A stretch of 64,000 nucleotides of DNA from the human T2T-CHM13v2.0 reference genome, Homo sapiens. The position numbers and the translations under genes are program-made. Below the pieces are notes generated by a model. It saw only the letters and a program-made list of their open reading frames with translations, searched no databases and was not told the origin of the DNA. Of the stretch, positions 26,992 through 40,004 are shown one piece after another. Within the stretch, counting starts at the first letter, position 1. Each line of letters starts with the position of its first letter. The stretch is from the NCBI RefSeq assembly GCF_009914755.1, contig NC_060931.1, one strand, 5' to 3'.

Positions 26992-28885
26992 AGAGGCTGA
27001 TACTACACCCATATGAAAATACATCAAAGATAATTTGCAAAGCATGTTTGAAAGCTCTACGTTAGGATCACTAGCACTGGCATGCCAAAAGGCACAGATA
27101 AGAAAATACAGGGCATAGCAAAATATTGTTTCTTCTTAATGGAGAAACTGCCTCAGGGAGAGACTAGGCTGGTGAGAAGGGGGAAAGACTTTAAGAGTCT
27201 TATAGACCAGGCATTAGAGAATTGTGATAGGTTTTTGAGCCTGTGATAAAAGCTGTGTTTGGGGAAGATTTTTCTAGCAACCATTTGTAGGAACAGTGGA
27301 ATTAGGAAAAAAGGGTGACAGTAAGGAGAACAGTTAAAAGGCTTTTAAAATAAGCCAGTGTAAAGTGATTGGAGGCAGGTTCACAAAGTGGCAACAAGTA
27401 TGAAAAATAAGGAATGAAATAAATAGTGAAAGAAACATTATTACTATTGGAATTTGCATTCTTGCCCATGTGATGCATTTGCTTCAAATTGGTGTAAGCT
27501 CTTCACATGCAGAGGGCTCATATGCCTTGATGTAACATTAGATCAAGTGGCAGAAGCTAAATTTGGAATTAAGGCAATATTTGGTTGTAGAGAACATCAT
27601 TCTCGTTTCTAGCTCTTGGACTTTATGTGGAAGCACTTTAAGTCCTAAGAGGCTAATTTTAGTTCAATCTATTTAGTTAACAATATTTCAGATCCTTAAT
27701 TTTTAGTTTCCAGATGATCAGACTCCTCAGCTTGAAATGCAAGGCATTATAGACTTCAAGCAAATTGCATGTGCATTAAGACTATCGAACTTGGGACGAG
27801 TAATCCTATAAAAGCAAAATCATTGCTGAAGCATTTTTGTAATCATGTATTCCTCCTGCATGTTCATTTGAAAATGTTCTCTTTTGGTGTGGAGGCAAAT
27901 GAGCTGATTATATTGAGCTCCGTCCACCAATTTATTTATTTATCTAATAAACATTTTAATGAAGGGGTATCAGGCACGTTTGTGTTTTACCCAAGAGACT
28001 TATTTAACAGTCATTCAACCATTTGGTCATTAATAGTGAAAAGGTCATAGGCTTTGGCATGAGGCAGGCCTGGGTTTGAAACAGATCTTCGCCATTTCCT
28101 AGAAGGGTTGTCTTAAGGCAAATTATTTTTTTAGACATGTTTTCAGTTTTTCTGTTAAAGGAAAAATTGTTTGTAAAGACTGCATTGTGACTGAGAAAGG
28201 GCACGCAAACTAGATGAGTTTAATCCTATCTCTCACTCCTGACTAACCTTATATGTATACACAAATACAAAATGCTCCAAGTTGGATGTGAAACAAATGG
28301 TGGTATAATACTCGCCCTTAAATATAATTGCAGATAGCCACAAAATATAAAACCATTTAAGGATGTGAGAAAATTAGTATAATAAAGAAGAAAATACAGA
28401 ATAACTTTTTCTTCTGTTATTTAACTGGTGTAAAATTAATTCCTTGACTCTCATATTTTGTCAACAAATATGATAATGTATGTGGTGATGTACTGTTTTG
28501 CCTTGAGAAGGAAAAAATTATAGCCATAAAATATTTAAGAAAATTCTGGAAATAAGAGTAATAGAATTACTTTTTTCAGACATTTCCCAAATGTGTTTTA
28601 AATGGCTTTCCTGAAGGAGAAATAGAGAGGGAGAGAAAAGAAGAGAACATTTAGATATAATTACAGATAAGACCTATGCATAATATTAGTGGACTTAAAA
28701 ATAATCATGCATATTCATAACTGAATTGCTAATTAACATTCTCAGAATTTTGTTTAATGTAAGCAAGTTATCCTAATAGGGTTAGGGCAAAAACAATATG
28801 CTAAAGATTGAAATCTGTGGCTATTTAAAAGCACTGAAAACTTGACTAAATTGCCTCTCCCCCTCCCTTAGACATAAACAATTAA

Positions 28886-29243
<358 letters not shown>

Positions 29244-29297
29244 TCATCATGTTTTTTAAACAATAAAAAGGGCAAGTTTTAGAAGACAGTATCTTAA

Positions 29298-29609
<312 letters not shown>

Positions 29610-30582
29610 TTAAGATACAATAACACTTTGAGCCTTTGCTGATTGTTGATGAGTTTCAAACTCACAGAGGGTTTTGAAGAAAGGCTGGCAGAACTTGAAG
29701 GCAGAACACGTGGGCTGAAGTCCTGTCTATGCCTGTTACTAAATAGCAATGTGAGCTTCTGGAGGACTCTGAACTCTCTCAGCCTCTGTGAAATGGAGAT
29801 AACGTTTCCTGTGGAGCTGCGTCAGAGATGTTGGGGAAATCATATGGAAATCAAGTATAGCTGTCAACAAGTTTTGTGAATTGTAAATGACCTTAAGCAT
29901 ACAAAGTATTAGTCATCTATTCACTCATTCACACATGGAGCATGCCTAGTGTTAGGAGGCACGTGGTGGGGTTGGCGGGGGGGTGGTCATTAACATGGTG
30001 AATGAGATCTTCAGAAGCAGTGTGTTCCCCTGGGTAAGGGCATGGGCTTTGGAGTTAAACCCACCTAGAGTAATTCAGGGCTCATCACTCCGTGACCTCC
30101 TGTCCTGAGACCTTAATTTGTCCAATGTTACATCATTGTAAATCCCAGTTTCTTTAACGCGGATATGAAAAAACACCATATATTTCACAGGGGAGTTATG
30201 AGGATGTGAGAACTATGATCAAGCACTTAACTTCACATGTTCAAAGTGCTCAATGACAGTTGGCAACTATCAATCAACTCTTCACACATTATATCTCTAA
30301 TCAAGGAAAGCAGGCATTTGCACCAATAATGACAGAACAAAACAACATGGGGGAGAGTAGTAGTATAAACAACTTTGAGAGTTCATAGGTGGGCTGCCAT
30401 ACTTTCAGCTAGAGTGATAAGTAAAGACTTTGGAGACAGGTAAATATTAAGAATAAATCTTGAAGAACGAGTCATACCTCAATAGGAAGAGATATGATTG
30501 GTGGACAGCATTTTAGGTAGACAGAGAATAGAATGAGCTAAAGTGTAGAGATGAGAAATTTGAGTACTCCAGTTGTCTAGAC

Positions 30583-30765
30583 TAGCACTGTCCGATAGAA
30601 CTTTTGTCCATGAAGGCAATGTTGTATGAACGTTCTGTCCAATATGGTAGCCACTAGTGGCTGTTGAACACTTGACATGTGGATAGTGTGACTGAGGAGT
30701 TGAAGTTTTTATTCTATTTAATTTTAATTAGTATACATTTTAAAACCACATCTGACGAGTGCCAG
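30583..30765. mobile_element. MER3-type hAT DNA transposon
   Basis: tagcactgtccgatagaactttt..ctgtccaatatggtagccactag; similar to the element at 17865. Confidence 0.75.
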
Positions 30766-33440
30766 CTCAAATCATAGGATACACGGAGAGGAGTTTAGTG
30801 TGATAAGATCCAAACAGATTGGCAAATTTCGAAGAACTTTACTGCTAGGCCAACACGTTTAGATTCCAAAATAGAACAAACATATTTAGAAGCAGGCAAA
30901 ACAAAAGAATACGTTTATGAAGGAGACCAAAAAGTTGCAGAGAGAGAAATAGGAAGGCCAGGAATCCAACAAGGAATGGGCATTGAAGAAAGACTTGCCT
31001 CGTACTGTTAGTTAGAAGCCAATGGATATGGGAAGAAAATTTGTTAGATTTGGTAATTCAGAGCTTCTTTGTGACTTTCAGAAAAAAAGTTTCCCCTGAG
31101 TGGTAGAGGTGAAGAGAGTATTGCAGGAAATTAGGAGTAAGGTATGCTGAATAGAGGCAACATGGAACAGCCTTTTTTTTTTTTTTTAAATGTTTGTATT
31201 CCTAGAGTTATAGGATAAAGCATTACACACTAAGTTAGTCTCAGCAAGTACTGTATATTTGCCAAGTAAGTGGAGTTCTTGCAGGCAAACTAGGTAGTTT
31301 CAATGCCAGGTGTGAAATTATAATGGTTTAGATAAAATTTTGAAGCAATTCTACAAATAAGTACTCTGAGTCATGACATTTTTAGGCCACATTGAAAACG
31401 CTAGCTGAAAGAATACAAACAATGTTGAAATCATATTTAAGCCCCTTGCTGAGTTTATATTCTGAGCTAAGGATAGATTAGCCTCATGCCCTTATATGAT
31501 GAAAAATTGTTTTGTTTTTCTTGCACAGCACAGTTAGGTATCAGATAAAGGGGGAGGAGTATCCTCATGGATACCTCAAAAACAAGTAACCCATGGACGG
31601 AGGACAGAGAAATTTCATGCAAAGACAGATTTTCCTATCTCTTATGATTAAATTCTCTCAGTTTCCTCATTATGAAAATCATTTGGGATACCTGATAAAT
31701 GTACAAAATCTTCTGCCTCAATTCATACTGGTCAATATAAATCTTAGCTTGGCGATCTGAATTTTTAATTAGCACCTGAGCGATTCTTAGTATCAGGCAA
31801 TTTTAGGAAATGTTTATTTATTCATCCTTTGAACAAACACCAGTGGAGTGTTTTTTCCATATTGCAGACATTCAGATACTAGGACACAAAGATAATTAAG
31901 ACATGGTTTCTAGTCTTAAGAAATTGTTCTAGGAGAGGAGACAGTAAATGCCATGTAAGAAATGGCTTGGTAGCTGTTGCAAAAGGACCACAGAGAAGGG
32001 CAGCTCAGCATTGAGGAGACCATGGAAAACTGTGCTTGGGGAAGGTAAAGTTTGAGTAGGGTATTCAAGGATAAGCCAACCAGATATACAGGGAGTGTGA
32101 GAGAAAAGCACTCTTTTCAGGATAAACGTCACATTAAAGACAAGAAGAGATTGTGTTGGGTCTATGAATACTACTGAATTCAACACAGCTGGAAAACAGG
32201 TTTTCCATGAGATAATGGCCTGTGTGGCAACAGACAAAGGCATTTTTGTACCAGAGCACAAAAATAAGTGCCTAGTTATTTTCAAGGTAATGTGAAATCA
32301 TTAAAGGGTAATCTGGGGTTGGTGAGATTGGAGATAGGGAGACCCATTAAAAACTTAATACATTAATTCAGGTGAGAGGTGATGGTGTCTGACCTAAGGC
32401 AATAACCACAGAGGTAGAATGGAAAGAACAGTTTTTGATAAATAGTTGGTGATTTATTGTGTATGACATAATCAGACGATAGTTCTTTTGATCCTTTTAT
32501 TAATATTGTCTCAATGAAATGAACTGAATTGCTGAATAATTGATTTTGTAGATGGCTCACATATGGCTCACATGATACATTTGGCCATGATGGGGAACAT
32601 ATAATTGTTTGCTATTTATACCTATGGTGACTTCTTAAATTGGATTGCTATTGGACAAGATTTTCAGTATTTATCCCATTGATTTAAGGAGACACCAACA
32701 CAGAGGATGGTCTCAGAGGTTTTCACAGTCGCTTCTGTGGGTATCCCAAACTCTTTGATATTATATAGGTGAGGAAGTATGTATTGCTTACTACTTTTTA
32801 AGTTCTTCCTAGTATTCTGGCCCTTTAACAGTTTATTCTGTTTGTTTGTTTTTCCTTCTTTGATTACTTACAGTTGTAATACCTTTTAAAGACATTTTAT
32901 ATCTCTTCCTTGACTTATTCCAAATTTAAATTAATACATAGAATATGTATATTTACAAAATATGTTAACTAAATGAATTATTTTTGAATTATTTTGAGAC
33001 TTTCTAAAATAGTTTAAAGTATCTTGAGTCGTCATGAAACTAACTTTGAAAGGTGCTGATTTAAAGTGACAATATTTGTGGCCATGCAAGAAAAGAGGCA
33101 CTGGACATTTTAATAAGCAGTTTAATAGAATTTAAATATATGACATCCAATTACCGACAGAATACAAAGCATCATAAAGTATGATTTGCAGACATATTTT
33201 ATAAATTGGAACACCTTAAGGATTCATGGCATTTGTGTAAAATGTGTGGTCGTTAACACATTTTAATACATTGATTCTATTGTGGAAGGTCGTGTGACAT
33301 GGAATGTTAAACAATTAAAATGGTCAAATGTACTTCCATGTTTATGTGATTTGCATTCACAGGAAGAAAATGGGTAATGCCGAAGGAACATTGGCCTAGA
33401 GAAGCTTACTGAAGCAAGGGAATTTGGAGTGAGACTTTCT

Positions 33441-33762
33441 CCCGCTGCGGCTTTCTGCCCCCACACCGCGGCTTTTGCAGCTTTTTGCCTCCGCCGCCGC
33501 GGCGTTTTGGTCCCCGCCGCCGCGGCTTTTTGTGGTTTTTTTGCCCCAGCTCCCACTGCTTTTTGTCCCCCCCGCCGCGGCTTTTTGCCCCCGCCCCGGC
33601 GGCTTTCTTCCGCCGCGGCTTTTTGCCCCGCCGCCGCCCATTTTTGCCGCCGCGGCTTTTTGCCCCCGCCGCCTAAGCTTTTTGCCCGCGCCGCCGCGGC
33701 TTTTTGCCCCCGTCGCCGCGGCTTTTTGCCGCCGCGGCTTTCTGCTCCCGCCGCCGCGGCTC
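33441..33762. repeat. GC-rich (CCGCCGCGGCTTTTTG)n tandem repeat of the GCTTTTTGC/CAAAAAGC class, at a duplicon junction
   Basis: About 17 degenerate units of 10-23 bp; abrupt switch from AT-rich sequence at 33440. Confidence 0.92.
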
Positions 33763-33911
33763 TGAGGGCGGGAGCGGCAGACTCCGCTGCCAGCTCTACT
33801 GGCGTCCTGGCAAGGGCAGCGCCGAGGGGCGCTCCCGGTCCAGCTCTCCCGGCTCGGGGGTTCCTTGCCTAGGCGCCCGAGCCCCGGGCTCCCTGCCTCG
33901 GCCGCTGTGGC

Positions 33912-34142
33912 CTGCATAGGGCGGCACTGCGCGCGGAGGCGATGGGAGAGAAGAAGGAGGGCGGTGGCGGGGGTGATGCAGCGGCCGCTGAGGGTGGCGC
34001 AGGGGCCCCGGCCAGCCCGGGGCTGCAGCAGTGCGGACAGCTCCAGAAGCTCATCGGCATCTCCATTGGCAGCCTGCGCGGGCTGGGCACCAAGTGCGCT
34101 GTGTCCAACGACCTCACCGAGCAGGAGATACGGACCCTGGAG
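33912..34142 (+). pseudogene. KSR1: KSR1 exon 1 copy (CTG at 33912, ATG at 33942; [21 protein letters not shown]...[10 protein letters not shown]...[13 protein letters not shown]), CA1/coiled-coil N-terminus
   Basis: 77 open codons matching the recalled KSR1 N-terminus with 8 substitutions. Strong donor GAG|GTAAGG at 34143. No further KSR1 exons were recognised in the window. Confidence 0.92.
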
Positions 34143-34981
34143 GTAAGGGGTTTGGGGACCCGGGCTGGGCTCGAGGAGCGGCCCGGACACCTCCCTTGAG
34201 GCCCCAGTTCACTCCTGGCCGAGTTGCATCCTTGAGCCCGCGTCGCGCCCTTGGAGGCTTCCCCTCCCTCCTGCACTCGCTGATGCGGCAGCCGAGAGAC
34301 CCGGGACCAGCCCTCACCTTGGGCAGGATTTGTGGGGCGGGTGCTTGGTGGGAACTGGGATGGAGGCGCTAGGGTCCCGTGGGGCGGGTCGGGGGGGTGG
34401 GGGTGGGCTGCGCGCGGACATCCCCTTACCCCCCGAATTTCCATCTGGTCCGGCCCTCTCATCTTGTAGGTGAGGAAACCAAAGGCCTGAGGGAGAACTG
34501 ACTTGCCAGGAACCCCTGTTAAGGAGAATTACCAAAGTGTGGTTATTAAAGGAGAACTGAGTTGGGAGTCAGACCTGGAGTCCCACACCCTTGGTTAAGT
34601 CATTATACCACCTTGAGTCTGGCCTGTTGACTGAAGGTGAGCCACTCCATCCTCGTCTGATTGTGGGGTCTTGACCTCAAGGGGTTTCGTGCAGGAAGAA
34701 GCAAATGGGTTTGCTTTCCTAGCTCTGTCCAGTACCTTAGGGACCCTGAGGACTGAAGCGATTCTTGGAGAGCCATCTGGTGTATGTCATGCGTGGGCCT
34801 TTCTTGAAGGTCTATCTGCCCAGTGGGCTGGCTCAGCCCGAATGAACTGTCTTGAATCTTTGGAGTTGTCTGTGTACTTTTAAGGGCTTCTCATCCTTGC
34901 ACCAAAAGATCCCCTGGAAATTAGGTGGGAAAACCTTACCTTTTGTGGGGCCTTGTGTTTGTCTTAAAAGTTCATGCACAT

Positions 34982-35254
34982 GGCCAGGTGTGGTGGCTCA
35001 CACCTGTTATCCTGTCCTGGATCCCTTGAGTCAAAGAGTTTGAGACCAACCTGGACAATACAGTGAGACCCCGTCTCTACAAAAGATAAAATATTAGCCA
35101 GGGGTGGCTGTGCGCATCTGTAGTCCCAGCTAGTACTGTGGCTGAGGCGGGAGGAGCACTTGAGCCTGCACTGAGCTGTGATCTCACCAGTGTACTCCAG
35201 CCTGGGCCACAGAGCAAGACCTTGACTCAAAAACAACAACAACAACAACAAAAA
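34982..35254 (+). mobile_element. AluJ-type element with internal deletions and a (CAA)n tail
   Basis: Alu start ggccaggtgtggtggctcac and diverged arms. Confidence 0.9.
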
Positions 35255-35364
35255 TTCTTGAAGATTTTGCATTCTGTCCCACTATCCATTGGTTTTCATG
35301 TCAAGATAATGTGAGAAATTCTTTACAATTGCTTCCAGAAGGAATAGCCTTTTGATTTAGTGCA

Positions 35365-35560
35365 CAGGTGTCCAGTCTTTTGGCTTCTCAGGCCCACATT
35401 GGAAGAAGAATGCTCCTGGGCCACACATAAAATACACTAATGCTAACAACAGCTAATGAGCTTAAAAAAAAAAAAAAAAAAGGTTTGTGCAGAATTTTGA
35501 TGATACCCACCACCAAAGATAGGCGGAAAAGTCCTTGTAGTCACAGGGTTGGACACGGCT
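35365..35560. mobile_element. MER30-type hAT DNA transposon
   Basis: caggtgtccagtcttttggcttc..cacattggaagaagaa..cacacataaaatacactaa..gggttggacacggctg. Confidence 0.75.
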
Positions 35561-35927
35561 GATCTAGTGTCTTGTCATCCGTTTTGGCTTTCTCCCGGTT
35601 TCCAGAATGCAGGTAGAGATGTAGAGACGTGCTCTCAGGACAGCTGTTGAGATAAAAAAATTCGTTGTCATTTATTCCCAAGGACAGCTGTTTGTCATTT
35701 GCATTGAAAAAGTCTCCATTCAAACTGCTGTCACATATAAAATCTATTTATATAAGTCTGTATTTTTCTGTTGTCTTGGCCTTTGTGGGCAGTAGTGTGT
35801 TTTAACCAAGCAAACTGTCCTTCCAAATAATGAAGCCGAAGTCAGCCTGCCTGCTTGCCATTTTTCTTCCCCTTCCATTTTTCTAACCTCAGGATAGTTG
35901 TAAGAATGAATTAAGATTTGTGTTTAA

Positions 35928-36082
35928 GGCCGGGCACAGTGTCTCAGGCCTGTAATCCCAGCACTTTGGGAGGCGGAGACGGATGTATCACTTGAGCTCA
36001 GGAGTCCAAGACCAGCCTGGGCAACATACTGAGACTCCGTCTTGTATAATTAAATTAAAATTTAAAAAAAGAAGAAAAAAAG
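35928..36082 (+). mobile_element. Alu left monomer (FLAM-like)
   Basis: A single Alu arm followed by an A-rich tail. Confidence 0.85.
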
Positions 36083-36949
36083 ACCTGTGCTTAAAATTTA
36101 AAAAAAGGGGGGAAAGTGTAATGCAAAATGTGGACTATGCCAGCCATGATTGGGAAAAATAATTTTTCATACAGCATTATCTGTAGACTTGTATTAGCAG
36201 CATACTGGTCATAAGCGTTTTGCTTTCCTCAAATATGATGAGGTAAGCTACTTTAAAGTGTGGTGGGGCTTTCTTCCATGTGGCTCCTGGAGGTGTTGAG
36301 TCCCAATTTAGCCAATTAATTTGGGTTTAGTTTTGATATGGATAAGGGAGTCCAGCTTCATTCATGGTGCACACACAGTTTTGCCAATAAGGAAAAAAAA
36401 AAAGCCACCTGAATGTTCCTACTCATTAGATGCTATCTGGAGAGCTCCTTCCCCACCTGCACCAAGGCCCGGGCCCTTAAAAAGACTCAGTGCAGCCTTT
36501 CTGTATCTCATACTGTATTCTGCAAGATGCTCCTGTGAAAGAAAGTTGTGCTGCACCAGCCATCTCCCTCCTGAAGATCCCTGCGGATGAGGATTTGTGT
36601 TTTAAAGGTTCTGAGAAGTCCTGCAACAACAGTTCTCAAACTTATTTGTCCAGGGGATCTTTTCTTCCACTGAACGTAGTTGGGGAGACACGGCCTTAAG
36701 CCTTGAGCAGAGAAAGAGACAAGAAACTGTTGGCTCACTTACAACCAAGTGTTGTGTTTTATGTTTTAGGTTTTTATGAAACTGAGGTGCTGTTTGAGGT
36801 TCTAAATCAAACTGGGTGGTTGAAGAGAGGCTGGTATCCCTGTAGACTTAGCCAGCCATGAGAGGTTGCCTTTTGTTGAAGGAGGTGTTTTACAAAGGGA
36901 AATAGGGTGTCTCCTGGGCATCACATTAGCACTTAAATACATGTATCAC

Positions 36950-39535
36950 TGAAATGAAATGAAATGATGAAATGAAATGATCAAATGAAGAAACGAAATG
37001 ATGAAATGATGAAATGAAATGAAATGATGAAATGATGAAATGATGAGATGAAATGAAATGATAAAATGATGAAATGAAATGATGAAATCGAATGATGAAA
37101 TGAAATAATGAAATGATGAAACAAAATGGTGAAATGAAATGAGGAAATGAAATGAAATGATGAAATGAACTGATGAAGTGAAATAATGAAATGAAATGAT
37201 GAAAAGAAAAGATGAAATGATGAAATGAAGAAATGATATGAAATGATGAAATGATGAAGTGAAAGAATGAAATTAAAAGATGAAATGATGAAATGAACAA
37301 ATGATATGAAATGATGAGATGAAATGTAATGAAGTGATGAAGTGAAATGATGAAATGAGGAAATAATGAAATGAAATGATGAATTGATGACATGAAATGA
37401 TGAAATGAAATGACGAGATTAAAAGGTGAAACGAAATGATTAAATGAAATGAGATGAAAAGATGAAATGATGAGATGAAATGAAATCATGAGATGAAATG
37501 ATGAAATCATGAGATGAAGTGAAATGATGAAATGAAATGATAAGATGAAATGAGAAATGGAATGATGATGAAATGGTGAAATGAAGTGAAATGAAATGAT
37601 GAAATGATGAAGAAATGATATGAAATGATGGAATGAAATGATGAAATGAAGTGAAATAATGAAATGATGAAATAAGGAAATGAAATGAATTGACGAAATG
37701 ATGAAATGAATGACGAAATGAAAAGATGAAATGAAATAAATGAGATGAAAAGATGCTATGAATTGATGAGATGAAATGAAATCATGAGATGAAATGATGA
37801 GATGAAATCATGAGATGAAATGATGAGATGAAGTGAAATGATGAAATGATGAGATGAAATGATGAAATGAAATAATGAAATGAAAGGATGAAATGATGAG
37901 ATGAAATGATGAAATGGAATGATGAAATGAAATGATGAAATGGTGAAATGAAATGAGGAAATGAAATGAAGAAATGAAATGAAGTGAAATGATGAAATGA
38001 AATGAAATGATGAAATGAAAAGATCAAATGATGAAGAAATGATATGAAATGAAGAAGTGAAATGATTAATGAAATAATGAAATGATGAATTGATGAAATG
38101 AAATGATGAGATGAAAAGATGAAATGAAATGATGAAATGAGATGAAAAGATGAAATGAAATGAGATGAAATGAAATCATGAGATGAAATGAAATCATGAG
38201 ATGAAATTATGAAATGATGAGATGAAGTGAAATGATGAAATGAGGAAATGCAATGATGAGATGAAATGAAATGAAATAATGAAATGAAAGGATGAAATGA
38301 GATGAAATGATGAAAGGATGAAATGAAATGATGAAGTGATGAAATGAAATGATAAGTCAAATGATGAAATGATGAAATGGAAAGATGAAATGATGAAATG
38401 ATATGAAATGAAATGATGAAATGATATTAAATGATGAAATGATGAAATGAAGTCAAATGATGAAATGATGAAGTAAATGAAATGAATTGATGAAATAATG
38501 AAATGATGAGATGAAATGAAATGATGAAATGATGAAATGGAATGATGAAATGAAATGATGAAATGGTGAAATGAAATGAGGAAATGAAATGAAGAAATGA
38601 AATGATGAAGTGAAATGATGAAATGAAATGAAATGAAAAGATCAAATGATGAAATGAAGAAATGATATGAAATGATGAAATGAAGTGAAATGATTAATGA
38701 AATGATGAAATGATGAATTGATGAAATGATGAGATGAAAAGATGAAATGATGAAATGAGATGAAAAGATGAAATGAGATGAAATGAAATCATGAGATGAA
38801 ATTATGAAATGAGATGAAGTGAAATGATGAAATGAGGAAATGCAATGATGAGATGAAATGATGAAATGAAATAATGAAATGAAAGGATGAAATGAGATGA
38901 AATGATGAAAGGATGCAATGAAATGAAATGATGAAATGAGGAAATGAAATGATGAAATGAAATGATAAGTCAAATGATGAAATGATGAAATGGAAAGATG
39001 AAATGATGAAATGATATGAAATGATGAAATGATATTAAATGAAATGAAGTGAAATGATGAAATGATGAAATAAGTGAAATGAAATGAATTGATGAAAAAT
39101 GAATTGAGATGAAAAGATGCAATGATGAAATGACGAAAAGATGAAATAAAATGAGATGAAATGAAATGATGAGATGAAGTGAAATGATGAAATGTTGAGA
39201 TGAAATGATGAAATGAAATGAAAGGATGAAATGAAATGAAAGAATGAAATGAAATGATGAGATGAAATGATGCAACAAAATGATGAAAGGATGAAATAAT
39301 GAAATGAGATGAAAAGATGAAATGAGATGAAAAGATGAAATGAGATGAAATGAAATCATGAGATGAAATGATGAAATGATGAGATGAAGTGAAATGATGA
39401 AATGAAATGTTGAGATGAAATGATGAAAGAATGAAATGAAATGATGAGATGAAATGATGAAATGAAATGATGCAACGAAATGATGAAAGGATGAAATGAA
39501 ATGAGGAAATTAAATGAAATGATGAAATAGATGAA
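36950..39535. repeat. (GAAAT)/(GAT)-based simple satellite, about 2.6 kb
   Basis: Continuous gaaat, gat and gagat units; the + strand is nearly devoid of C. Confidence 0.97.
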
Positions 39536-39629
39536 CCAAAAATACTTATTCATTTTTTTTCTTGGCATCCTTCTAAGAGTATTTTAGTGAGGTTAATTTC
39601 TAAAACTAAATTGCTATTCAATGGCTTTA

Positions 39630-40004
39630 CAGTTGGCCTTTGCACCACAGGGGTTTGAACTGTGCAGGTCCACTTAGCAAAACCAACAATTCTACATCCT
39701 TCTCCACACCCTGCCCATGAAAAGGATGAGGATGAAGACCTGTTTGATCATGTACTTCCATTTAATAACTAGTAAATATATTTTCCTTATGATTTTCTTT
39801 TTCTTTTCTCTGGCATGTTTGTTAAGAATACAGTATATAAGACATATAACATATTAAATATGTGTTAATTGACTGCTTGTGTTATTTGTAAGGCTTACAG
39901 TAGGCTATTAGTAGTTAAGTTTTGGGGGAGTCAAAGTTATAGTGGATTTTCTACTGTGTAGGGGGGCCAGCACCCCAACCTCCGTGTTGCTTAAGGGTCA
40001 ACTG
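39630..40004. mobile_element. Tigger2-derived MITE (Tigger2a/MER28-like)
   Basis: Terminal inverted repeats TA|cagttggcctttg ... aagggtcaactg|TA with a TA target duplication. Confidence 0.85.

Larger units (their letters stand above)
33441..34460 (+). promoter_or_regulatory. CpG island including a KSR1-derived promoter/5' region
   Basis: The only CpG-dense region in the window; many CCGCGG sites; GC boxes (gggcggg) near 33766, 34335 and 34382. Confidence 0.8.

Noticed and set aside
33441-33762. CRISPR-like array or intrinsic terminator series (GC stem plus T run)
   Set aside because: No unique spacers, no cas genes, and a primate context; it is a degenerate tandem repeat.
33263-34535. Many overlapping ORFs of 60-264 aa
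   Set aside because: Stop-poor GC-rich repeat and CpG island; only the KSR1 frame has recognisable homology.
36926-39568. His/Phe/Ile/Ser-rich minus-strand ORFs; assignment as classical HSat2/HSat3
   Set aside because: The ORFs are satellite artefacts. The unit is GAAAT/GAT, not the GGAAT/CATTC of HSat2/3.
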